Source: an uncultured bacterium
GTDB taxonomy: Bacteria; Hydrothermota; UBA3073; NMUJ01; CBEVQO01
NCBI GenBank assembly: GCA_965552055.1
Contig: CBEVQO010000002.1
Span: forward strand, 256,001-320,000
Direction of reading: 5' to 3'
DNA length: 64,000 nucleotides
Shown: piece by piece, positions 31,067 through 40,200 of the stretch
How the letters are laid out: each line of letters opens with the position of its first letter
How positions within the stretch are numbered: the stretch's first letter is position 1
Program-made: the position numbers and the translations under genes
Notes under the pieces: generated by a model
The model's input: the letters and a program-made list of their open reading frames with translations, nothing else
Told to the model about the DNA's origin: nothing
Databases searched by the model: none

Positions 31067-31588
31067 TTATTTTAATAAGTTCAAAATCGCAGTAATTAAA
31101 GTGCCAACTATCCCTGATATTGCACCTATCAATAGCCACATTAATTTGTCAATCCTCCTGTTAGTTTCATCTATCCTCCTGTTAGTTTCGTCAACCCTCC
31201 TGTTAGTTTCCGCTGTCCTTTCATCAATCCTCTTATTAGTTTCATCTATCCTCTTATTAATTTCTGCTGTCCTTTCGTCTATTCTCTTATTAGTTTCATC
31301 TATTCTCTTGTTAGTTTCATCTATTCTCTTATTAGTTTCAACAATCTTTCTGTTAGTTTCTGCTGTCCTTTCATCTATTCTCTTATTTATGTCATTTATC
31401 GCTTTCTGGAACTCTTCTTTAGTCACGAATTTATCTAGTTTCTCTTCTATTCTTATCACCCTACCTGCTGTGCTCAGCTCAAATTTCTTGAACATGTCTT
31501 CTTCTACCAATGCCTCGGTAAGAATTTCTTTCACTACTTTCCTCGCCGCTTCTTCTAACCTCTCTTTCTTAATTTTTACTTCAGACAT
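31067..31588 (-). CDS. Membrane-anchored coiled-coil protein (head-neck-stalk-anchor, DUF1640/MempromCC-like)
   Basis: VTKEEF neck, tandem ETN(K/R)RID heptads with ERTA inserts, C-terminal TM helix; SD and promoter at 31606-31632. Confidence 0.8.
   Translation of the reverse strand: MSEVKIKKERLEEAARKVVKEILTEALVEEDMFKKFELSTAGRVIRIEEKLDKFVTKEEFQKAINDINKRIDERTAETNRKIVETNKRIDETNKRIDETNKRIDERTAEINKRIDETNKRIDERTAETNRRVDETNRRIDETNRRIDKLMWLLIGAISGIVGTLITAILNLLK
31145..31395 (-). repeat. Coding tandem repeats (21-nt and 33-nt units)
   Basis: Repeated gaaactaa(t/c)a(a/g)gag(a/g)atagat units encoding ETNKRID. Confidence 0.85.
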
Positions 31589-31639
31589 CTTTCCCTCCTT
31601 AATGAATATTAATCACAATTCTGATTTGTCAAATAATTT

Positions 31640-31675
31640 TGTAATAAGCTCGGCTACACTTCGCATTAAAAATTT
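31640..31675. repeat. Third partial copy (right end only) of the intergenic element
   Basis: TGTAATAAGCTCGGCTACACTTCGCATTAAAAATTT vs TGTAACAGGCTCGCTTTCGCTCGCATTAAAAATTT. Confidence 0.6.
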
Positions 31676-31734
31676 TTATTTTATACTTGACGAAAAAATA
31701 ATTTCATTAAAATAGGGTGCAAAAGGAGGGTGTT

Positions 31735-31974
31735 ATGGCAGTAAGGGATAAAGTAATTGATTTAATAGCGCAGCAACTTGGAGTCGAGAAATCCAAAATA
31801 ACGGATGATGCCAAATTCGTTGACGACCTCGGAGCAGATTCACTCGATATAACCGAGATGATAATGAAACTGGAAGAAGAATTCAAAATCGAAATTCCCG
31901 ATGAAGATGCACAGAAGCTCGACACGGTTGGCAAAGCAATTGAATACATTGAAAAGAAAGTAGCGGGTAAATGA
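31735..31974 (+). CDS. acpP: Acyl carrier protein
   Basis: [12 protein letters not shown] at 31735 follows an AAGGAGG SD; promoter TTGACG-N15-TAAAAT at 31687-31713. Confidence 0.96.
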   Translation: MAVRDKVIDLIAQQLGVEKSKITDDAKFVDDLGADSLDITEMIMKLEEEFKIEIPDEDAQKLDTVGKAIEYIEKKVAGK

Positions 31975-33194
31975 GAAAGGTTGTAATAACGGGCATAGGA
32001 ATCGTATCCCCCGTAGGCAACAGTTTAAAGGAATTCTGGGATGCACTACTTGCTGGCAAAAGCGGTATCTCCCGCATTACTCGCTTCGATACCACGAATT
32101 TGACAGTAAAAATAGCAGCAGAAGTCAAAAATTTCGACCCCGCGAAATATTTCACGCCCAGGGAATTGAGAAGAATGGACAGATTTACCCAATACGCAAT
32201 GGTAGCTGCTATTCAGGCAGTCGAAGATAGTGGAATTGAGTTTAAGGAACCTTACAGAGCAGGTGTGATTATAGGCTCGGGAATCGGCGGTATTGAGACA
32301 TGGGAAGCAGAACATAAGAAGTTGCTGGAATCACCGAGAAGGGTTTCTCCTCTCTTTATTCCAATGATGATAATGAATACTGCATCTGCTATGGTTGCGA
32401 TGCGATGGGGATTAAGGGGACCGAATTTTGGTGTGGTATCTGCCTGTGCTACTTCAAATCATTCCATAGGCGTTGCATATCACATTATAAAACATGGGGA
32501 TGCTGATGTCATGCTCGCTGGAGGCACAGAAGCTGCCGTTACTCCGCTTTCTATCGCTGGCTTCGCAAATATGAAAGCACTTTCTACCCGTAATGACGAG
32601 CCCGAAAAAGCATCAAGACCTTTTGACAGGGATAGGGATGGCTTTGTGGTAGGCGAAGGAGCAGCTGTTTTTGTACTTGAGGAATATGAGCATGCTAAAA
32701 AAAGGGGTGCGAAGATTTATTGTGAATTGGCAGGATATGGTGCAAACTGTGATGCATATCATCTCACCGCACCTGAACCTTCTGGTGAGGTAGCAGCAGA
32801 TGTAATGTTAAGAGCCCTAAAAGATGCCGGGGTATCACCCGATGAAGTTGACTATATAAATGCACATGGCACTTCCACCCCCTTAAATGACAAAACAGAA
32901 ACTCTGGCTATAAAGAAAGCATTTGGAGAAAGGGCTTATAAAATTCCGATTTCTTCTACGAAATCGATGATAGGTCATCTACTTGGTGCTGCAGGTGCGT
33001 GTGAAGCAGTTGCTACTGTGATGACAATCAAAGAGAATGTAATTCATCCAACGATAAACCTGGAAAATCCTGACCCCGAATGCGACCTCGATTATGTACC
33101 TAAAGAGCCCCGAGAAAAAGAAGTGAAAGTAGCGATTTCAAACTCGTTTGGCTTCGGCGGACACAACGCCTGCCTCGTATTCAGAAAAATTTAA
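31971..33194 (+). CDS. fabF: 3-oxoacyl-ACP synthase II
   Basis: [29 protein letters not shown]. Confidence 0.97.
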   Translation: MRKVVITGIGIVSPVGNSLKEFWDALLAGKSGISRITRFDTTNLTVKIAAEVKNFDPAKYFTPRELRRMDRFTQYAMVAAIQAVEDSGIEFKEPYRAGVIIGSGIGGIETWEAEHKKLLESPRRVSPLFIPMMIMNTASAMVAMRWGLRGPNFGVVSACATSNHSIGVAYHIIKHGDADVMLAGGTEAAVTPLSIAGFANMKALSTRNDEPEKASRPFDRDRDGFVVGEGAAVFVLEEYEHAKKRGAKIYCELAGYGANCDAYHLTAPEPSGEVAADVMLRALKDAGVSPDEVDYINAHGTSTPLNDKTETLAIKKAFGERAYKIPISSTKSMIGHLLGAAGACEAVATVMTIKENVIHPTINLENPDPECDLDYVPKEPREKEVKVAISNSFGFGGHNACLVFRKI

Positions 33195-33236
33195 AATCTC
33201 CCTTGACTTTCACCTAAAAATGGATATATTTTCGAG

Positions 33237-33560
33237 ATGGAAAAATTAATTAATAAATTGAAAAAATGGGGAGATGAAATAGGAAAGGAAGTATTTGGCA
33301 AAAGTATGGGACAAAAATTAGTCGATAATTTTGCAAAATCATTAGAATGTGCAAGAAGTATGGCTATCGAAGTAACTACTGATGAGGGTAAAAAAATTTT
33401 ATTTTATCTTGATGGGCTGAGAAAAATTTTAGTAAGTGGCTTAAATGTGAAAACACCCTTTGGCAATGTTTCACGAAAGGAAGCTATTATTGCTTTTATA
33501 GAGTGGAAATTATATCCCGGAATAAAACCTGGACATATACGCCGCAAGAATGGCGGTTAG
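33237..33560 (+). CDS. Hypothetical protein
   Basis: 107-aa ORF with promoter TTGACT-N16-TATATT 6 nt before the ATG; overlaps the next gene. Confidence 0.6.
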   Translation: MEKLINKLKKWGDEIGKEVFGKSMGQKLVDNFAKSLECARSMAIEVTTDEGKKILFYLDGLRKILVSGLNVKTPFGNVSRKEAIIAFIEWKLYPGIKPGHIRRKNGG

Positions 33561-33975
33561 AGTTAAAATAAAAATAAAAGTAGGAAATGAAGAAATAGAA
33601 ACAACGGCCCTTGCGAATTCTGGCTATGAAGCTTTTAAAAAACCCGAAATAATTTTGCCGGAGACACTCGCAAATAAACTTGGAATAAAGGAAGACAAAT
33701 TCAATTTCAAGAGAGTGCATTTTCAAGATATAAAAGGTGCATTTAATTCCCCTGTTTATCAAAACGCTGCTATTATTTGGCTAAATATTAATCCTGATAG
33801 AAAAGTAACTGTCGATGTAGTTGTTACAGATAGAGAAGAAGAAGTTTTATTGAGTGATAAACTAATAAGTGCACTCGGCATAGATATTGTAGATGCAGGC
33901 GAAGGTATCTGGAAATTAAGGGAAGACCCTCCTCATATTTTTAGAAAATCCGAAAGAAGACAGGTATGGAGTTAA
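33550..33975 (+). CDS. Clan AA aspartyl-protease-like protein (archaeal-type family, Asn at the catalytic Asp position)
   Basis: ETTALANSGYE..PEIILP..LA..LG; EVLLSD.LI.ALGI. Confidence 0.6.
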   Translation: MAVRVKIKIKVGNEEIETTALANSGYEAFKKPEIILPETLANKLGIKEDKFNFKRVHFQDIKGAFNSPVYQNAAIIWLNINPDRKVTVDVVVTDREEEVLLSDKLISALGIDIVDAGEGIWKLREDPPHIFRKSERRQVWS

Positions 33976-34512
33976 TTAAACTTTTTTGAGCTTGCCATCT
34001 ATCTCAAAATTGTTACCACCTAAATGATGTACTATTTTTACCTTATCAATATCCCAGTATTCTCCAAATACTCCTTCTTTTGCTTCTGCATGCACTATTT
34101 CTCCCACAAAAATCGTATATCTGCCGATATCAAAAGTATATTTCAATTTGCATTCTATAAAAGCAACGCATTCTCTTATCCATGGACATTTAACATTTTT
34201 GCCTTTCATCGGAGTTAATCTTGCCGCTTTAAATTTATCAACTTCACTACCAGATTTTGTACCGCATACCCATATTGCATTTAATAAACTTTCATCAGGA
34301 ATATTTATGGTAAATTCTTTTTCTTTCATTATTAAATCATGTGAATATCTTTCTTTTCTAACGCTTATTGCTACAAGTGGCGGACTACTGCATACAGGCG
34401 TCACCCATGCAATAGAAATTATATTGGGATAAGAAGGTCCATTAACGGTAACAAGAACACAGGGACCATTATTCACCAGTCTATAAGCATATTTCAAATC
34501 CACTTCTCTCAT
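33976..34512 (-). CDS. Flavin reductase family protein
   Basis: PCVLVT..NII.IAW..P.PPLVAISV..EFTINIP..CG..SG..VDKF; ATG at 34512 after SD GGGGGTGAG (ORF track starts at 34539). Confidence 0.9.
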   Translation of the reverse strand: MREVDLKYAYRLVNNGPCVLVTVNGPSYPNIISIAWVTPVCSSPPLVAISVRKERYSHDLIMKEKEFTINIPDESLLNAIWVCGTKSGSEVDKFKAARLTPMKGKNVKCPWIRECVAFIECKLKYTFDIGRYTIFVGEIVHAEAKEGVFGEYWDIDKVKIVHHLGGNNFEIDGKLKKV

Positions 34513-34520
34513 CTCACCCC

Positions 34521-35480
34521 CTATTTCATTATTTGCCATAGCCTTTTGAAATTCACATCTTTTATCCTTCGAATTAAACTCAATTTATCTTTCATACCCA
34601 TTGCAAGAATATACAGCAAAAATTTCTTTAAAATCGCGTTTTCAATACCTATGTTTTCCAGAATTAATCTTTCCCATATTATCATCCCTTCCGTTATTCC
34701 ATCACAATCTGTAAAATCTTTCAGCAAGTAAAAAGTATATTTCACGGGTTTTGCCGAAAAATATCTTTTTGTAAGTTTTTTGAATAAATTAAAATCAATT
34801 TTTACCTTCTGCATAAACATTATAATATCAAGTAGCCATTTCAAGCTTGCAAAACCTTCCTTCAACACATGGTTACATAAGTAAATCAGCTCCTGTTCCG
34901 GTTGCATAATGAAAAAATCTCCTTCTTTCTTTACATTTTCCCATATTTCATCGGGTTCTATCCTAAAAAACAATCTCTGAAAAGGACTTTTCTGGTTCAC
35001 AATATGCCAGTGTACTTCTATCATCACTTTTCCAAGAAAAGATTCATGGTTTCCTTCATTACTATAAAGTTTTCTGTATCCCATCTCTTTTAAAATTTTA
35101 ACAATTTCAGGATAGTCTTCTTTCTTTACAAGAACATCTACATCATTTAACTCTCTGGCACCAATATCTTTATAAACCGTCCTTAACATCCTTATACCTT
35201 TTAATGGAATGATTGGAATACCCTGCGCTCTTTGTATCAACCTATCAAATTCTGATAAAAACAAAACATTCCTGTAAACGGTTTGATTATAAAGTTTATG
35301 TATTTCTGCCAGTAAACTTTTATTTAATTTCTTGTCTATTTTATTTTCTGTAATTTTCGAATAGAGAAAAGGTAAAACATCAATCAAAAAGGGATTTTTT
35401 AACGCTTTTTCAATAAATTTCTCGAGTTCATGTAAATTTACTTCTGCAGGTCTTAAAAGAATTCCAAGGTATTTTCTCAT
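34521..35480 (-). CDS. Nucleotidyltransferase family protein (NTP_transf_5-like)
   Basis: PLKG...Y...R.LNDVDVLV...IEVHW...LIYLCNH...LKWLLDI. Confidence 0.87.
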   Translation of the reverse strand: MRKYLGILLRPAEVNLHELEKFIEKALKNPFLIDVLPFLYSKITENKIDKKLNKSLLAEIHKLYNQTVYRNVLFLSEFDRLIQRAQGIPIIPLKGIRMLRTVYKDIGARELNDVDVLVKKEDYPEIVKILKEMGYRKLYSNEGNHESFLGKVMIEVHWHIVNQKSPFQRLFFRIEPDEIWENVKKEGDFFIMQPEQELIYLCNHVLKEGFASLKWLLDIIMFMQKVKIDFNLFKKLTKRYFSAKPVKYTFYLLKDFTDCDGITEGMIIWERLILENIGIENAILKKFLLYILAMGMKDKLSLIRRIKDVNFKRLWQIMK

Positions 35481-36949
35481 TTTACTTTAACGATTTTTCT
35501 TACTTTAAATATTTTTCCGGTTTCAAGTGTTACAAAATACACGCCTGCTGGTAATTTTTCTGTTTTCCATTTTATAGTATAATAACCGGGTTCATATTGT
35601 TTTTTAGCGATAACTTCAATACATCTACCTGCTACATCGAAAATTCTTATTTTAACAAAAGATTTTTTTGGTATTGCGAATCTTATCATCATATAATTCT
35701 TAAATGGATTTGGGTAAACGGGATATAATGCGAACACTTTTGGTAGCAAATCCGGTTTATAAGTATCTGACTTTCCCTGCAAAGCATATATTTCTTTTTC
35801 GGTTATAAGAAAAACTTTTGCATCACACATTATGGGAGAAACTTTAACTTTTCCTTTTAGCTCTTCTTCATAAATTTTCTTTCCGGTTTCAATATCAAAT
35901 GCGAAGAATTTTCCTTGACTTGAGATACAGTAAATGATATTCCCCGAAATGATAGGAGAAACTGGCTTTTTTCCTGTGAATTCACCGAGTTTTTGGCACC
36001 ATTTTACTTTACCAGAAAACATGTTGATGCAATAAAGATATTCCCCTTTATATGCTGCTATTAAGACAACTTCATTGTTTCCGACTGCGATATTTGACAC
36101 TTTTAACTTTTCTGCCTTTAATGCACGCTTCAAAGGCGGTCCTACAAGGTATTCTGCCTGTGGCAACGGGATAAACTCTGTGGCTATTTCAATCTTCTCT
36201 CTTTGCCTCATTTTAATATCTTTAAGTAAATTATATTTCCATGCCAATCTACCATTATCTTTATTTACAGCGTAAAGATAGGGGTCAAAGCCACCGGGTG
36301 CGAAGAATACAAAATAACTCGCAGATGAAGGATTAAGAGACCTGAAAGCATTTTTAGTTGAAAATTCCCAGAGTTTTTCACCTGTTTCAATGGATATCGC
36401 ATAAATTTTACCATCATTTGAAGAAATATAAATCTTTTTATTTCTCACAACAGGCATTGAATGAATGAATTGCAAAGTGCTTATTTTCTTCTTCTCTCCT
36501 TTCTCTTCGATTATAAATTCTTTATAGGGTCTTCCTTTTGGATACAATAACTTTTCGCCATAGGGCAGTATTCCTCCCCTTGTTATACCAAGATTTTTCT
36601 TACAGATTGAAAATCTGCCTGTTTTTACATCGACCTTATAATAAATTCCCTTATCTGTTAAAAAATGACATTTTCCCTTTTTAATCGTTATAAACTCCGA
36701 AGGTCTTCCTTCCAGTTTTACCTTCCATCTAATTTTACCGTTCCATGTATTTATCGCAATCATTTTGCCTTCTTTCGTCCCGAACACAAGAATTCCCTCA
36801 TAGTAAACAGGATGTGTCACAATATCTGTCTCTGCTTTATATGTCCACAAATGTTTAAAAGGTGGTTTGATTCTTTCTCCTATATTTCTCGTAGCACTCA
36901 AATCGTATCCGGGATATAACCAATTTGTGAATAATATAAATAACAGCAT
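35477..36949 (-). CDS. PQQ-like beta-propeller protein with T9SS/FlgD-like C-terminal domain
   Basis: Repeated G.(I/L)YA...TG..LW blades; tail YPNPF...IFDVAGR...LPAGVYFV...RKIVKVK. Confidence 0.87.
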   Translation of the reverse strand: MLLFILFTNWLYPGYDLSATRNIGERIKPPFKHLWTYKAETDIVTHPVYYEGILVFGTKEGKMIAINTWNGKIRWKVKLEGRPSEFITIKKGKCHFLTDKGIYYKVDVKTGRFSICKKNLGITRGGILPYGEKLLYPKGRPYKEFIIEEKGEKKKISTLQFIHSMPVVRNKKIYISSNDGKIYAISIETGEKLWEFSTKNAFRSLNPSSASYFVFFAPGGFDPYLYAVNKDNGRLAWKYNLLKDIKMRQREKIEIATEFIPLPQAEYLVGPPLKRALKAEKLKVSNIAVGNNEVVLIAAYKGEYLYCINMFSGKVKWCQKLGEFTGKKPVSPIISGNIIYCISSQGKFFAFDIETGKKIYEEELKGKVKVSPIMCDAKVFLITEKEIYALQGKSDTYKPDLLPKVFALYPVYPNPFKNYMMIRFAIPKKSFVKIRIFDVAGRCIEVIAKKQYEPGYYTIKWKTEKLPAGVYFVTLETGKIFKVRKIVKVK

Positions 36950-36957
36950 TTCTCCTC

Positions 36958-37086
36958 CTAAGATTTATCTACCCCCAGATTACACTGCAAACCTGTTATA
37001 TCGCCTGCTGTCTGGCATTTATTACATTGTGCAACTGCATAAATTTTCTCTGATTTTACCTCCGGCTCTTTAAATTCTTTTTTCAT
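36958..37086 (-). CDS. Small Cys-containing RiPP-precursor-like peptide 2 (42 aa)
   Basis: SD AAGGAGGGG then MKKEFKEPEVKSEKIYAVAQCNKCQTAGDITGLQCNLGVDKS*; paralog of the adjacent peptide; below the ORF-track length cutoff. Confidence 0.85.
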   Translation of the reverse strand: MKKEFKEPEVKSEKIYAVAQCNKCQTAGDITGLQCNLGVDKS

Positions 37087-37097
37087 ATCCCCTCCTT

Positions 37098-37232
37098 TTA
37101 AGATTCCTTTGGCAAAATATTACAATCCAATCCCCCTATCTCTGCTATTGATACACATTTGCCACATGCCTGAGCTATTACATAGATTTTCTCACTTTTA
37201 CATTCGGGTTCATGCCATTCTTTCTTTTCCAT
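37098..37232 (-). CDS. Small Cys-containing RiPP-precursor-like peptide 1 (44 aa)
   Basis: SD AGGAGGTG then MEKKEWHEPECKSEKIYVIAQACGKCVSIAEIGGLDCNILPKES*; overlaps the last 55 nt of the giant gene. Confidence 0.85.
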   Translation of the reverse strand: MEKKEWHEPECKSEKIYVIAQACGKCVSIAEIGGLDCNILPKES

Positions 37233-40200
37233 TTTGCACCTCCTATTCCTATACGGAATATCTTACCGGATGTTGTAAATGTAATTACTCCTTGAGCGAC
37301 ATTTAGCATTGGAGTAGATTCTATTTTTTGTCCCGGGTCAAATTTCCATAATATTTTTCCTGTTTTTTCTGATACCGCTATTAATCCCTTTTCTGTACCG
37401 ATATAAATCTTTCCGTTGTACACCAGGGGTTTAGTTGTTGGCTTTGCACTAATGTTCAGAGGATATTGTGCCCAGCCCCAGGGATTTGGATTTCCATCAA
37501 TATCATAACAATAGATATTACCAAGTGTATCCGCAAAGTATATTTTACCCCACCAGTACCATGGTCCTTTTATAGCCGGAGCATTAAGTACATCCTGCCA
37601 AATTAAATCATAAGGCTGAGCTCTTAAACTATCGAGGCAATAAACATTTTTCTTAATGTTGCCAAAGTAAATCCTATAGTGGCTACCTGCCACTCTTCCA
37701 AATGCCGGTATATTAACGATATCTCCATCTGTTCCGTATTTTGCCTGCTCTACTCCTGTACCCGCACCGATTTTGTAAAGCGTATCGTCACATGAACCAC
37801 CATGCAGGAAACCGAATCCGTATCCCGGCATCGCTCTTATCGCGCCTCCTGTAGAGAAAGACCAGATAACACTGCCATCACCTCTATCAACTGCATAGAA
37901 ATTACCATCCTTTGCTCCAAAGTAAATTACACCACCATATTCAAATACACCGGAGATTATAGAATCACCAATATTCGTCCGCCATATCACATCACCATCT
38001 GTCCTGTTAACTGCATATAAAGTGCCAGCAGATGTGCCAAAGAACAAAGTATCACCTCTCACACAAATCAAATCACTTGCATAACCTCCATATTTTTTCT
38101 TCCATAAGAGATTACCCAAACTGTCGACAGCATACAATGTGCCGGATTTTGTAGAATAATAACTGGCACCATCAAATGCATGACCTATTCCTGAAGTTAC
38201 ATCTTTCCTGAATATCCTGATACCTGGATGTTGCCACTTTAGATCGATGTAAGCGGAATCTTTCCAAACTATTTGTGCACCATTAAGTTCTTCTTCATAC
38301 AATTCTCCTGAATGCTCTCCCATATAATTTTCACAGAAGATATAAATACCTGCACCATTCGCAGAAATATTTTTGTAACATGTAGTATCAAATAATAGAC
38401 CGCTGTAAGTATCGGAGTAAGCAGATGTTTTTATCACCCGCAAAGCTTTTGAAAGAGAGGACATATTCATAAACCATACATTTTCAAGAGTATCTATTTG
38501 TGATGTTGTATCGAGAATGAGACCCGATATTCCATCGCATAATAATCTGCTGATACTAACATTTCCTTTCAATCTTACTTCTGGATATTTTACACCCTGC
38601 TGTGTGGATGTTATTGAAGGCATTAAACCTTTTGCTATGAATTTGCCTTTTGCTATAAGATTTGCACCTACTTTTACTTCTGCCAGTGAGTCAATTATAA
38701 AAGCCGAATTTTGATCGATGGTAAGAACATTCTGCACTTTTAGAACAGATTTTCCTGAAAGGACGAAATCTGCATCCTGGAATTTGAGGTTATAGAAGTA
38801 ATTATTTTGTCCCTGTATTATTTTTACACTATCTTTTGCGATGACTATTTCTCCAGCTGAAGGCGTGAATGTTCCACCTGTATCTATCCAGTCACCCATT
38901 ACAATGTGAGTATAACTGCCAGGGTCAAATTCTCCCTTTAGAATCTTGAAATCACCGTAAATTGTTAGAGGACCTGTTGCAGTAACAGATGCTACCTGCT
39001 TTGTAGAATCTTTTTCTTCTTTCTTTGTAGAATAAGAATTTTCGATTATAAGATTATAAAACTTACTTTGCGATATTTGTTGCGGTTGATCACCGCAGAA
39101 AATGCAAGTCGAAGAATCAGGGATAAATTCACCGTTATTTATCCAGTCTCCTTTGATTCTTATAGTATCATCATTTGCCTTAAATACTCTTCCTGCATTT
39201 ATTTGTAAATCGTTAAGTATCACCAAATTATTCGTCAGTTTTATTGTATCTGCGTCTATTGTGAGGTTATAGAATGTATCTTCGGGTACATCCATTTTTG
39301 CCTGCAATATAACTGTGCCTGTTTGTGGCATAAACTTACCCTGATTAATCCATGAAGATGTCTTGAAAATAGCTCCTTCTCCTCCTTTGAATACTGCGCC
39401 TGTCCCAATATGGAAGCTATCTGTAACAGTGACCGTAACTCCTGCTGCAAGCGAAAGCGTATCGCCAGATATAACCAAGGACTTAAATGTTTCCGAATTC
39501 GTTATACAATTAGTTCCATCGAAAGTTACGACTCCTGCTGTCTGCTGGAATGTTCCGTTGTCAATCCATGTACCTGCGCAGAATATTGTAGATTTTGAAA
39601 TAAGATTTATTCCACCGCCTTTTTCTATCTTCACATTTCCATTGCAATCAAGATACATTCCGGGGACCGTCAAATTTACATTCGCTCCATTTTTCACAAA
39701 TATTGCAGCACATTGTGCAGTAGTGTTCACGGTTGGATCGAAAGGTGCATCCTGAATTATAACCTGATCTGTTGCAGTAGGCACTGTGCCATCCTGCCAG
39801 TTAGAAGGATTATCCCATCTATCATCAACTGTGCCTGTCCATACATCTGCAAGTATCCATTCTATTCTTGCGTACTGCGTAGTTGTATCATAAGCATCTC
39901 CTGCCTTATCTCCGGAATATGCTACCATGGTTACAATCGCAGAATCAGGGGAAGTGCATTTTAAATGGAAATTATACTGACATGAAGCATCATAAGAGTG
40001 CCCACTAAATGTAGCCGTATATCCTGCATTTCTGTAAATCTGTAAGAATGTTCCACCTGACTCGATATTTGTGAAATTAATGCCATCGAGTGCAGCAATC
40101 TGAGCATCTTCCCATATCCTCAATCCTCTCTTACAAACTCTATTTACATTCAATGCAGTTACATCTATCTCTCCTCTTACTTCAAATCCAAAGTAAGACA

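Noticed and set aside
31145..31395. Tandem repeats as a CRISPR array
   Set aside because: No unique spacers; in-frame coding repeats
31101..31715. 204-aa hydrophobic plus-strand ORF (LLLVSSI repeats)
   Set aside because: Antisense shadow of the coiled-coil repeat gene
36958..37232. Calling the peptides bona fide lasso peptides
   Set aside because: No lasso cyclase or B protein in the window and no clear Thr(-2) cleavage site; only the leader motif and C-terminal Ser are similar
36867..37306. Plus-strand ORFs of 68 and 65 aa in the ORF track
   Set aside because: Antisense to the SD-led paralogous peptides; no SD or recognisable features
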